Shown piece after piece: positions 37,612 to 50,405 of a DNA stretch of 64,000 nt. Source of the DNA: Octopus sinensis (taxonomy: Eukaryota). How positions within the stretch are numbered: position 1 is the stretch's first letter; each line of letters opens with the position of its first letter. Under the pieces are notes generated by a model. It searched no databases. It was not told the origin of the DNA and saw only the letters and a program-made list of their open reading frames with translations. The stretch lies in NCBI RefSeq assembly GCF_006345805.1, contig NC_043005.1, positions 58,156,001-58,220,000 of the forward strand, written 5' to 3'. Made by a program: the position numbers and the translations under genes.

Positions 37612-38204
37612 TAAACCCTTTAGCATTTATATTACTCTGATAAATGTAATGCTTGTTTATTCACATTGTTTTGTGTGCTAGTAGGGTATTAAGAGCACCA
37701 TCCGAGCGTGATCGTTGCCAGAGCGGCTATCTGGCCTCCGTGCTGGTGGCATGTAAAAGACACCATTCGAACGTGATCGTTACCAGCATCGCCTTACTGG
37801 CACCTGTGTCAGTGGCTTGTGTAAAAGATTTGAGTGAGGTCGTTGCCAGTACCGCCTAACTGGCCCCGTGTTGGTGGCACATAAAAGCACCCACTACACT
37901 CTCGGAGTGGTTGGCATTAGGAAGGGCATCCAACTGTAGAAACTCTGCCAGATCAAGATTGAAACCTGGTGCAGCCATCTGGTTCGCCAGCCCTCAGTCA
38001 TTCATCCAACCCATGCTAGCATGGAAAGCGGACGTTAAACAATGATGATGATGATATGAAATTCGATATTTTGAGGATGTAATTGTTTCTTTTCAGAATG
38101 ACATTGTAAGATAGGTGTGAGAGGTAGTGTCTGGGCAATTTGAAAATTATAACGTGTAAAATATTTGGACTGGATATGGCTGGTTTTAAAAGCTAAAGGG
38201 TTAA
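37612..38204 (+). mobile_element. TTAA MITE split by an RTE-tail insertion (~37680-38054)
   Basis: The MITE 5' part ccctttagcattt... and 3' part ...gctaaagggttaa flank an RTE-tail copy. Confidence 0.7.
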
Positions 38205-38616
38205 AGTCAGGTTTTCCATGCCTAGAAATTTTCTATGGTCTGATGGTCTTCCTGTTTCTAACCCTCTCCTCTTTTCAAACAAGGTAATATTTCCCCTAGC
38301 CCTTCAAACATGAACAGTACAATGGCTAGATGTATTTTCATGGAATATTGATAAAATTAACATCACTGTTTATATGATGTTAACATTTGCTTTCAATTAG
38401 TGCAAGATGTCAAAACCAATCTGAAACAATGGAAAAGTAGACATTAAAATGATGAAGATTGTACACATTCACACACACACACATTCTATAAACATAAAAA
38501 CTCACTAAGTCCTGACATCAACAGGAAACTTCCACAAAAACAGTGGTATCAACAATCTCTATCTACAAAGAGATGAATGAAGCAGACACTTGAAATCAGT
38601 GCAGATCATATATATA

Positions 38617-38993
38617 TCTCTCTATATATATAAAGCTGTGTATGGCAGGTTTGGTAGCCTTCAACTAACACTATCTCCTCTGAGACCCCACAGCGCAAGT
38701 TGACCAAAATTGAGAGTATGATAGAAGAAGGCTTGCTCTTCCTTCCGTAGAAGAAAAAAATTCAAATCGGACCATGTTAACACCAAAAATTATTTACATC
38801 AAAAAGGTGCTTTTTTCTATGAAAATCCCTATCTTTTACGATTTTTTTACTGCTGTGTCGCCATTTTTCGGTGTATTTCAACCAGAAAAATGTTCACTTA
38901 AAGAGAATAACAAGCTACATAATGCAAAATTTTTACTTTTCAAAAATTCCAATTCTAAAGCGTCGAAACAAGCAATGCCGGGCGATACTGCTA

Positions 38994-38994
<1 letters not shown>
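38617..38994 (+). mobile_element. Non-autonomous Helitron
   Basis: 5' a|TCtctctatatatataaagctg and 3' gcaatgccgggcgatactgCTAG|t, the same 3' end as 59960-60317. Confidence 0.7.
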
Positions 38995-39033
<39 letters not shown>

Positions 39034-41039
39034 ATCGTGATCACCATCATTATCATTTAATGTCTATTTTCCATGCTGGCATGGGTTGGACAGTTTGACA
39101 GGAGCTGGCAAACCAGAAGACTGCACCATGCTTCCTTGTCTGTTTTAGCATGGTTTTTATGGCTGGATGCCCTTCTTAATACCAACCATCTAACGGAGTG
39201 GATTGGGTACTTTTTATGTGGCACCAGCACTGGTGGAAAATGTAGGTGGAAAACTGGAACTAGGCACTCTTCTGTGCAAGAAATAAAGTTTGACCTCATT
39301 TTACAAAGAACTTTCCATTTTTCACCATGTCTGTTTATCTTATCTTATTTTTAGCATTTTAACAAATAGATTTCTTCAGATTATTCTTCCTATAATCTTT
39401 GAGCAAAACAACATTTGCACCTCAAGCCATGATATATAGAATTCAATGATGCTATTTACCATTATTTGTAAATAATTTAATTAGGAAATTAATGCCCAAG
39501 GAATCAGTATCTTGTAAATACAAGCCAATATGTGTAATCAACTTAACGGTATTCAACTTACAGGCAAGTGAAAATGACATTACAAGTACAACCCACATTT
39601 GCAATATACATCAACAATTATTATATCAGCGAATCTAATTCAAATCCAACCAAATTCCTGCAGTAGTTATATTTTTGTGAATTCTATACAGAACTGTCAG
39701 TATTTCATTAAAATCTCTAGTTTTAAATATGATTGAGAAATTTATGTAAATAAAGTACTTCAGTTAAAATTGTGTCCTCCAGAAAATATTTTACAATCAT
39801 TTGGAGAGCTATTCTGTATGATAAAAACACTGGTAGAAGTGTACGGTCAAAAACAGCATATTTCAAACACACCATAAATTAACCCCTATGCATTTAGATT
39901 ATTCTGTCAAATGTAAGACTCTTATTTACATTGTTTTAAATTAATCATGCATTATCTCAAAGCTTTGAGATTTCAATGAAGTGATTGCTTATTTTTAGAA
40001 TGACATTGTAGAGTAAATGTAAGAGGCCAGATCTGGCCAGTTTGAACATAAAACAGTATTTTGGGCCAGATACGGCCAGTTGAAATGCTAAAAGGTTGAT
40101 TCTAGAAAAAAGTAGAAATCAAAATCAACAATATTTTTCTATTCTCTGATAAAATTTTTAAAATCTCTATGGAAACAAATTTTAAAATAACTTTAATTAA
40201 CATCAATGTGGAAGCAAAAAAGACAGACAGCAACCAATTTAGCAGTTTGCCCAACAGAATAAGTACCAAGTTTAAAAGAATAAGTATTGGGATTGATCCA
40301 TTTGACTAAAAATTCAAGGTGTGTCCCAGGATGGCTGCTGTTGAATGACTGAAACTAGTAAAAAGATAAATTTTACTTCCATTATCATTTAATGCCCATT
40401 TCCCATGCGGCCATGGATAGTTTGACAGGAACTGGTCAGTCGGAGAGCTGGCCAAGTTCCGACTGTCTGTTTGGGCATGGTTTCTATGGCTGGATGCCCC
40501 TCCTAACGCCAACCACTTTATGGAGTGTGCTGGGTGCCTTTTACATGCTATCAAGCATAGGTGTTTTCATGTGGCACCAGCATATTACATGGCACTGGCA
40601 CAAGTGCATATTACGCGGCACCCAGCACCTGCAAGACAAAGACCTCTCAAAGGGCAGAAGGATTGGGGCAATGGCCATAAATGACATGCCAGTATGTATG
40701 GAAGGCTGCATTTTTACTTAGCTTGACCTATCTTCTGAAGTACAGCAAATTGCCAGAAGTCTTGGTCTTTTGTCATCTCTTCAGCAAAACCCAGCATCCA
40801 AAGACCATTTCTCACTACTTTCTGATCCTAACCCTTTCCACAGGTTCCCTCCACAATTAGAGCATAAAAAACAATTTTAATAACAACTCATTATTACATT
40901 TTTGATATTATCCTTAAAGTTAGACTAACACCAATCCTTTGATCAATAGGTTTAAATCCTTACATATTAAGGATAATTGTTGACATACCTGATTTAAAAA
41001 TTAAAGGTAACTACTCCTCCAGTTCTGAACCACTCTTAA

Positions 41040-41258
41040 CCCTTTAGTGTTCTGATTATTCAATCAAACATAATGCCTATTGATTCCCATTAATTTGAAT
41101 TAATCATGCATTATCTCATATCTTCAAGATCTTGATGGTGTTATTACTTAATGTAGAATAACATTGTAGGGTAGGTGTGAGAGCCTGGATCTGGTTAGTT
41201 TGAACATAAAACAGATTAACTATTTTGGCCGGATATGGCCGGTTTAAATACTAAAGGG
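41040..41258 (+). mobile_element. TTAA-flanked piggyBac-like MITE, complete
   Basis: TTAA-ccctttagtg ... tactaaaggg-TTAA. Homologues at ~39880-40097, 12357-12579, ~14325-14535, and partial ~180-300 and ~2660-2748. Confidence 0.8.
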
Positions 41259-41769
41259 TTAATGGATGTATTCAATTATACAGGTTTCCTGTGCTATCAT
41301 CATCATCATCATCATTTAGCGTCCGTTTTCCGTGCTAGCATGCTACTTTTGAAATGTATTCTACAAGTTAGAAAATTCATTTATTTTATTTCTCAAAGAA
41401 GAGAAAAACAAAACATTCCTCTTGATTTGAACATAGAATCAAATTAATCTCATTGTTGGATTAAAGAGAATCAGAGTCACAGAAGCAGTAGCAATGCAGA
41501 CAGAGCAATGAATAACAAAAACAATTATAATGATAATTCTTTCAGTGTTTTATATAGCTGGATGCCTTTCCTATAAGTTTCAGTTACCATGTAGGATACA
41601 CAATACCTATGGCACCTTTACCAAAACTGAATACCTTGCAGAGATCAACCTTCACTTTCATTCTTGTGAGGGCAAGTGTGTGTGAGGTGTCAAGAAAATA
41701 AAGTAGAAGTACTAAGATTGATTTAATCCACTGTCCTTCCACTAAAACGTGTGGCTTTGTGTCTATTAG

Positions 41770-41975
41770 AAATCAATATTTAGAAGGATATCATGCTCGG
41801 AATGGTCAGTGGCAAGAGAGGAAGAGACCGGCCAAGAACCCGCTGGCTTGACACCATTAAGAGCGACACAGGAATGGCCAGAGCCAATCTGAAAGAAGCG
41901 ACCCAGAATAGAACTGGCTGGAGAACACTGATCTAACGAGTAACGGAGATTCGACTTCAAATGAGCGGATAAGAG
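41770..41975 (+). mobile_element. BovB-like RTE 3' fragment
   Basis: ...DIMLGMVSGKRGRDRPRTRWLDTIKSDTG...ATQNRTGWRTLI*. Confidence 0.75.
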
Positions 41976-43194
41976 AGAGAATATTTATTCTTTTACTTGT
42001 TTCAGTCACCGATCTGCAGCCATACTGGAGCACCACCTTAAAGAGTTTTAGTTGAAGAAATCGCCCCCAGGAGTTATTCTAACGGTCTCTTTTACCGAAC
42101 TGCTAAGTTATAGGGACACAAACACACCACCATCAGTTGTCAAGTGATGGCGGTGGGGTGGGGTGGGGGACAAACAGAGACAAATATATACACGAATTTA
42201 GTAAAATAATTTAGTTATCATTAAGCTAGTGTTAGAAACATAAATTGTGACTAAGGTTTAATGGAAGATTTTAATTCAAAACTTATGAAAACAAGACATT
42301 TGTACTACAGAGCCAGAGGTGGTTTCAGCTGAGTTGGTATCAAAAGGGTTAAGTGTGTACGTGTAAATAGTTAATGAGTATGGTGGACAAGAAAGTTTTG
42401 GGAGTTGTTTTTCTCAATTGTGTGTGTGTGTAAGAGGCAAAATAGGGGGCAGGAAGCTTTCTTCATGGTAGAGCTGCATACTGGATCATGGTTGAAGAAT
42501 GGAGAATTATTATAATTATGGGAGCCTTTCTGTTTGGCAGCCACTTTTCAACTTTTGTTCCAAATGATTTCATATTTGATGAATTAGTGCAATCTTGTAA
42601 GCTCATTATTGATATGAAATTCATTTTTACCATAAACCAATAGAGTTAATAGCTTTAAAAGTTTTCAAATTTTGGGTGATTTTAGCCAGTCAAAAGCCAG
42701 TTTCTATAGTAACAAGCCAAGCTGCTTACTCATGTGGTCATTTTTCACTTATTAAATGCTTAAAACATGAGGTATAAGGTGGTTGTAAAAGTAATAGCTA
42801 AATAGGCCTTAAATTATGCAAATATTTTCTTCTGTTTGTTTTTTGCAGAATCATATGAATTGTTGCTTAGAATACAAATTTGCAAAAATTTTCTGAAAAT
42901 TCCAAAACGAAGTTATGCAGGCTTATATGGCATGCACAAAGCAGAATTCCATCAATATTTCACTTGTTTACAGTTAGTTGAGAAATGTGTGCAGTAACAC
43001 ACAAAAATGACAGCTTCCAAATCCTGTTTTCTAATTGGATAAAAACGATCAAACTTTGAACCTCTGTAACATTTTTTGAAAATTATCTGGAAAAAGTGAA
43101 TTAGCCCCAAAAATTCAATATGGAAAATTACAGCAATACATAAATTTTTTTAATTTCCACAGGTACAGCCAAACAGAAAACATACTAATCAATA

Positions 43195-43428
43195 TCTATA
43201 AAGCTGAAATGCGAAAAAGTTGTTTGATTTTTTGTTTTTTTTTGTCTCATTTTGGGATGGAAACGGTTTAAGGGGCAGTAGATGGGGTCGGATTGGCGCC
43301 AAAATTTACACTGGGGGGTAAAATGGGGTGGGCAATGGTGTGAGGAGGGTTGCAAGTCACTCGGGGGCTACCGTTTGGTTGCTATGGTGAGGAATATGGG
43401 AAAACGAAGCATGGGTCTAAATAGCTAG
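43195..43428 (+). mobile_element. Probable non-autonomous Helitron (second family)
   Basis: a|TCtataaagctg start and aacgaagcatgggtctaaatagCTAG|t end; GC-richer than its flanks. Confidence 0.5.
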
Positions 43429-43823
43429 TTATGATATAAAAACAAAAAATTAAAAATCACACATCAGTATAAGATTTGTGGTGCCCCAGCATTCGGGCTA
43501 AAATATTTTTAAGGATTTTAAGGATTTATGCTCATGGTCACTGTACCTTAAGAGTTTACTCTGTAACTAGATCACTACCATCTTTACATTTTTCCTAACT
43601 GCTCCCATTCACTCCCATATAATGCGTGAATAGCCTTGTACCCCCAGCCATGTGGTTGGGAAGCAAACTTCTCACCACACAGCTACACCTGTGCCTTTGA
43701 ACACAGAAAATGGATATATATGTTCAAAACGTTAACTGCAGAAAGCTGTTTAATCCTGTAGCTTTGGAGGAAAAAAAAAAAACTCCTCTCCCTATAAAGT
43801 GAAAAGCACACATCCTCAGTTAC

Positions 43824-43924
43824 ATATTTTACAAAAGATAATTGTTTAACATCTAAATTTGTGTCAAAATATTTTCGTTGCTTTGAAACCACAACCTGTT
43901 CACTGACAAAATTTTGTCCTGCAT
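43824..43924 (-). CDS. Possible early exon of the host gene
   Basis: Acceptor actaattgttactttctcAG. Either xAGQNFVSEQVVVSKQRKYFDTNLDVKQLSFVKY to donor GTAACT, or ATG-QDKILSVN to donor GTTGTG at ~43895. Confidence 0.3.
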
Positions 43925-45979
43925 CTGAGAAAGTAACAATTAGTTCACGACCATGAATTATGAATATCATACCTATAGGAAGGTTTTGAAAATGTACAGC
44001 AGAAGCAGAAAACATCAATTCTATTTTTTTATGGATATTTAACATCCATTATGAGATGGCCTGTGAAATTTAATTACGCAATCAAAGGGTTAATATATCT
44101 CACTACTATGAGCCACATGTGTTTCTGCGAAATTTGAAATTTTTTTCAGAGAAAGCCTCTCTGCCTGCTGGCTTTTGTTGCATCTAACTTGACACTTAAA
44201 AGAAAGCAGTTCAAAGGGTCACATAAGAAATTTGAAAATGTGTTGTATCAATGTGTATTTGTGGGAATCATCATCATCATTCAATCTCTATTTTCCATGC
44301 TGGCATGTGTTGGACGGTTTGACAAGAGCTAGCTAGGCAGAAGACTGCACCATATTTCGTTATCTATTTTGGCATGGTTTTTATAGCTGGATGCCTTTCC
44401 TAATACCAACCACCCTGCAGAGTGGACAGTACTTTTTATGTGGCACAGTACAGGTGAGGTCAATTTTAGCATTTTTTTTTTTTAGTCAGGTGCCCTTCCA
44501 AATGCCAACTACTTTACAGTGTGGACTGGATGCTTTTTACATGGCACCAGTACTGGCAGGGTCACCAAATAACTTGCAAGACAAAGATCCTTTGAGAGGG
44601 GATGTGATATTGGAGGTGATCTCATTCCAAACGATGAAAGGTTAGCATGTGACAGAGAGACAAAAACAGATGTCTTACTGTAGAGATACATAGTTACAGA
44701 GAGAGAGGAGTGATGAAGATTGAAGCCAGTAATGAGTGTGCTGCATGTTAACGAGCCTGAGGGATAGAACAAAAGGAAGAGAGAGAGAGAGAGAGAGTGT
44801 GGAAGACAGCAAGAGAAAGATGGAGAATGGGAGAGAGCAAGAGAGAGAGATGGCGATGAAGTGCCAATCATTCAATCTTCATAATTCCACGCTAGCCAGC
44901 TGAAGAGCTACTCAGGCTGTTGGTTTTCACATGGTTTCTATGGCTGGATGCCCTTCCTAACACCAACGACTCTATAGAGTGTACTGGGTATTTTTATGCA
45001 GTACCAGCATGGGTGCTTTTTACATAGCACCAGCTTGCAAGATAAGGGTGCTTTTTATGTGGCACCAGCTTGCAAGATTAGGGCGCTTTTTACATGGCAC
45101 CAGCTTGCAAGATTAGGAGCACTCAGTTGAAAAGGGATGCATTTTACTTAGCTTGAAGTGTCTTCTCAAGCACAACAAACTGTCAAAAGACACAGTCCAC
45201 TTGTCATCACCTCTGCAAGACCCAATGTCTGGAAAGCCTTTCTCATCAATTCATCCCATGTCTTCCTGAGTTTACCCTTTCTACACATTCCCTCCACAAT
45301 TAGAGATCAGCACTTCTTGATGCAACTGTCCTCATCCATGGACATGCCAACACAGATCATCTATGATGGAGCCCAACACTTCAACAACAAGTATATAGTA
45401 GAAAGCAGTAACATACAATAGCCAACACAGCATCTCTTCCCCAGCAACACAACAAAAGCCTAGTCTATGACTGGACTTGTGGACACTGCATTGGACAACA
45501 GTTTTATATATATATGTATATATAATTATCATCCACTTTTCCATGCTTACATGGGACAGATAGAATTTAAGACAGATATTACTTCATGGTCAAATGCCTT
45601 TCTTGTCACAATCCTCACTAATTTCCAAGTGAGATAATATTTTCACATAGCCAGACAGGTTTTTCCATGGAAGATTGAAAATGAACAACCTTTGTATGAC
45701 TATGATGTACGTTTAAATTGTCGCAAGATGTTAAGACAAGAGTACACAAACATACGATGGGCTTCTTTCAGTTTCCATCAACCAAATCCATTCACAAGGC
45801 TTTATTGGCCTAGGGCTATAGTAGAAGACACTTGTTCATAGTGCCATGTAGTGGGACAGAAGCCAAGAGCACAAAGTTGGGAAACAAGCTTCTTAACCAT
45901 GCTGCTACACTTCATATATACCATTATCATCATCATTTAACTTCTGCTTTTGAAGCTGGCATGGGTTGAGTAAGTCAAG

Positions 45980-46240
45980 ACACAGCACTTCGAAGTGAGT
46001 TCATTGGAAATGTTACATTAAAAAAATCCACACCCTAAATGAAGACGAATTTTGCAAATGGTATCTGGACAAATGCAAGGACGCAGCATTTCAATTCAAA
46101 ACTGTTTGGAGTGTTGAGGCCAGCTTTAAGTAAAATAGCTCAATTAACAGACAGAAATGCACCTAGTGGGCTCCTGAAAATCCACAGGTTATTATGGAAC
46201 ACCATCTGAACTTACCAGGGGTTTCAGCATGTATGACTAG
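45980..46240 (+). mobile_element. Degenerate Tc1/mariner transposase fragment (rosa/DD41D-like)
   Basis: HWKCYIKKIHTLNEDEFCKWYLDKCKDAAFQFKTVWSVEASFK*NSSINRQKCT*WAPENPQVIMEHHLNLPGVS resembles the FC.W...WSDEA.F.LNG.VNR.N...WA.ENP region. Confidence 0.65.
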
Positions 46241-47460
46241 GTACGGTAGACAAGTAAAACCCTCCCACAGCTTTAAATGACCAGGTAAGCGAAAGTGCAT
46301 TTTATTTGCATTTACAATTATAGCTCCAGTCTTCAAAGAAAAATAGCGGCAATCTTTCGTCTCTAGTAGACCTTTCCGTCGATTTCCGTAAAAAAAATTT
46401 TTTTTTTTACATATGGGCTTGCGGGAACTTTTGAAGTAATGAGAGCGAAAGATACTAAGAGAAAGCGATTGTATGACGAGGGAAGTTCTTTTGAAGTTAC
46501 CGTGCATGGGAGCATTGATGGACATGTGTGTGTGTGTTTGATGGGGTGTGGGAGACAGACAGTATGTTGTGCAAGTGAAGTGCTTTTGTTAGTGTGTGTG
46601 AAGAGACAGAGTAATGTGTGAAAGAAAGAGATAACTAAGCAATACTAAGTGTTTTTTATTGTTGAATACACGCAAATTTCATTATTTTGTTCGTATATAT
46701 TCTACAATACAGTCAAACAAGATACACGTGTGAAGTTGAAACTCATAACGTGTTTTACATAACAAGTAGCTCGAAAACTAAAAAATTAGAAATATAAATT
46801 ATTGATTTTTCTTTATGAACATCCACCCTATATTTATATATAAACGGAATATCAAAAAATATGAGAAAATATAACTTTACCAGGGATTATTAATAACTAC
46901 GTAAAACGACCACTGCAGATGTACACATGGAATACTGTAAAGCTAGCAGCTGTTTATTACTTCCTTTTATTAGTATCGAAGTAGTCAATGCCTTAGTGAC
47001 ATAAAGTTATAATAACTTTAAAATGAGGTGACTTCATGGATATAATGTTATTAATAATAATATTTAAAAAGAAAAAGCTATAAAATATTAACAATAACTG
47101 AATTAAGGGTTTTGTCTTCGATTTTAATAGAAAATACGAAACTACACACAATCGTTATTTGCTATGGTTGTGGTTGCCAAGCAACGGTTAATGCCAAGCA
47201 ACAGTTAATGTAGTAACTGCTTTGTTATAAAGTCACAATTCACCCAATCAATCAGTTAATCTCAGATCGATGAATAAACCAATATTTAATATTTGTTATT
47301 TGTTTTAGTTGAAGTATTATCATCTCTGGATTTATTACATATATTGAGAATATTTTCGAAACTTGAAAGATTTTACGTGAGTACTACGAAGGTTTTCTTC
47401 CTACAAATTACTTGTACTTTGTAAACTTTATGAAACTTTTTATTCTGACGATAACGATTA
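46200..47460. promoter_or_regulatory. CpG-undepleted region, candidate promoter of the minus-strand gene
   Basis: About 31 CpG counted by eye in ~1260 bp, against about 6 in 13801-15060. Confidence 0.4.
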
Positions 47461-47614
47461 TTTATTATTATATTTGTTATCATCATCATTATCATCATCA
47501 TCATCATCATCATTTAAATTTTGCTTACTCTGGTTGATTCTGTGAGAGCAGACAGCAACCTGTTGTCAGAGGTCTCACAGGGTCTCTTTCCAAAACCCAT
47601 AAGCTTTGGCACTT

Positions 47615-48025
47615 GGATTCTTTTATTCTTTTATTTGTTTCAGTCATTTGACTGCGGCCATGCTGGAGCACCGCCTTTTGTCGAGCAAATCGAACCCAGG
47701 ACTTATTCTTTGTAAGCCTAGTACTTATTCTGTCGGTCTCTTTTGTCGAACCGCTAAGTTACGGGGACGTAAACACACCAGCATCGGTTGTCAAGCGATG
47801 TTGGGAGGGACAAACACACACACACAAACATATACACACACACATACATATATATATATACATATATACAACGGGCTTCTTTCAGTTTCCGTCTACCACA
47901 TCCACTCACAAGGCTTTGGTCGGCCCGAGGCTATAGTAGAAGACACTTGCCCAAGGTGCTACACAGTGAGACTGAATCTGCGACCATGTAGTTGGGAAGT
48001 AAGCATCTTACCATACAGCCACTCT
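47615..48025 (-). mobile_element. SINE family A, full length, near consensus
   Basis: Reverse complement with CpGs retained. Confidence 0.85.
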
Positions 48026-48164
48026 GCCTATGTTAACTTATCATGGTAGACACTCAGCACCCAAGCACCAGCCTCAAAATCCATGTGGTCCCCAGTAGAG
48101 CAGTTTTTCGGGCTTGCTCTACCCTCATGTTAATCCCAATTTCTCCAACTGTTATTGTTATTAC

Positions 48165-48570
48165 TAAGGCAGCAAGTTGGCAACTCTAGGAGAAACGCAT
48201 AGCAGTATTTCATCTGCTGTTGGCGAGCTGGCAGAAACGTTAAGGTGAAATGCTTAGCGGTATTTCGTCTGCCATTACGTTCTGAGTTCAAATTCCGCTG
48301 AGGTCGACTTTGCCTTTCATCCTTTCGGGGTCGATAAATTAAGTACCAGTTACACAGTGGGGTCGATGTAATCGACTCAATCTCTTTGTCTGTCCTTGTT
48401 TAGCCCCTTGTGGGGCTATATATAAAGAAATATATATTCTGAGTTCAAATTCCACTGAGGTTGACTTGACCTTTCATCCTTTTTGGGTCAATGAAATAAG
48501 TACCAGGTAGCTGGGGTTGATGTAATCAACTAGTCCCCTCCCACAAATTTCAGGCTTTGTAAAGAAATAA
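48165..48570 (+). mobile_element. SINE family B, two tandem copies
   Basis: ggcgagctggcagaaacgtta...gttcaaattccgctgaggtcgactttgcctttcatcctttcggggtcgataaattaagtaccag. Another copy lies at ~49700-49912. Confidence 0.85.
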
Positions 48571-48875
48571 GGAGATGAAGAAAGAGAAGAAAAAAGAAGC
48601 TTAAAAGTTCACAGTTCAACTTAATGATCTTGTAGAAGTAAGTCCACAAATCCTTAGGTACAATACTGCGTAAATCCATGTAGGCTGAATACCTGATAGT
48701 GTAACCTATATGGATTTACGTAGGATTGCACCAAAGGACTTATACATGTACGGAAAGTTGAAATGTGAACTTTTATGCTTCCTTTTTACTTCTCTTTCTT
48801 CATCTCATTATTCCTTTACTCCTGTCCTCTATTTTGTCATTTCATTAATCTATACCCTTTTCATTTTCCCTATTT

Positions 48876-48931
48876 GTCTCCGATGACGGAATATCCCATG
48901 CCCTGGGATATCCCAGAAATAGCTGTAAGAC
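48876..48931 (+). ncRNA. Hammerhead motif, family HH-B, U4>C variant
   Basis: GUCU-CCGAUGA-C-GGAAUAUCCCA-ugccc-UGGGAUAUCCC-A-GAAA-UAGCUGU-A-AGAC. Confidence 0.65.
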
Positions 48932-49297
48932 TGAAATTTTTTCCAATAATTATAATAATATATATGACTTGAGATGTTTGCCTCGCTTTAACGTTTGTTG
49001 TCCTCTTTAACAATTATATATATATATATATATTATGACTTAGATTTGTTGCTGTTTAGTTACATATTTAGGAGGGGATTTATCGATTCGGTTGTACATA
49101 GCATAAATGTGTTTGAAAGTTATGGTTTCTTTGGTTTGTTTGTTCCCAAAAAACACTTATTTTAATGCTGTTGAGACCATTGGATTGAATGGTACTGCCC
49201 AGGTGTCAAAACCATAATGATATCCGTGGGGCAGCTGATGATGGAGATATGTCAGATAGTTGGTATGGCTGTGGAATAGTATTATAACATATATATA

Positions 49298-49363
<66 letters not shown>

Positions 49364-50405
49364 TATATATATCATTTGGGCTTAGATATTGACAAAACAG
49401 ATTAATTTTTCCAGGGAACTTTCACAAATACATTGATACAGAACTAGTTTTCAGTAATTTAGGTTACATGAATGAACAGAATTCAGGCCAGTTGTTTCTA
49501 GTTAATATTAAGGAGATAAAATTTGTACATTAGACCATGGACTGTCTAAATATGAGTCTTAGCTACATTCACACTGAGGTTTACTATTCACTGATTGATT
49601 TTCCCTCATAGTTTACCTCTATATGTAGTAGTTATTCAATCTGCTATCTGAGTGAACATGCCAGATAACCTATTAACAAGCATTCTTGGTCAAGTCAGAA
49701 ACGTTAGCATGCCGGGCGAAATGCGTAGCCGTATTTCGTCTGCCGTTATGTTCTGGGTTCAAATTACGCCGAGGTCGACTTTGCCTTTCATCCTTTCGGG
49801 GTCGATAAATTAAGTACCAGTTATGCACTGGAGTCAATGTAATTGACTTAATCCGTTTGTCTGTCGTTGTTTGTCCCCTCTGTGTTTAGCCCCTTATGGG
49901 TAGTAAAGAAATATATTTATTACAGAAATGTATGACTATTCACTGGTTTTGCCTATATTGTGATCTTCAAGTATAACTAATCAGGGAAGCTACAAATGCT
50001 AAGATATATTTCTTGATACTGACATGATCTTCATTGCAATATTTCTTTACTGGTTAGGAGAAACTCTATGATGAAATCTAGGTGAGCTGATGTGTAAATT
50101 TATAGCTCCAACCCACCTTTTTGTATGATAATAAAAAGAAAATAATTGAATTAGATTGTTATAAATTTAGATCGTGGCCGTTTGCCAGCCTCCTATGACC
50201 CCTGTGCCGGTGGCATGTAAAAAACACTCACAGAGTGGTTGGTGTTAGGAAGGACATCAAGCTGTAGAAACACTGCCAGATCAGGCTGGAGCCTAGTGCA
50301 GCCTCCTGGCTTCCCAGACTCCGGTCAAACTGTCCAACCCATGCTAGCATGGAAAACGGACGTTAAATGATGATGATGATGTATATATATATTATAGTTT
50401 GCATG

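Noticed and set aside
39561-39660. Exon bounded by strong GTAAGT (-) or ttacAG (+)
   Set aside because: All minus frames from the nearest acceptor contain stops, and the plus frame has no supporting partner exons.
46216-46300. First coding exon MHFRLPGHLKLW...
   Set aside because: It overlaps an antisense Tc1/mariner remnant and the peptide is uninformative; kept only as a possible UTR exon.
49235-49285. CTGATGA-containing motif
   Set aside because: No GAAA and no consistent stem I.
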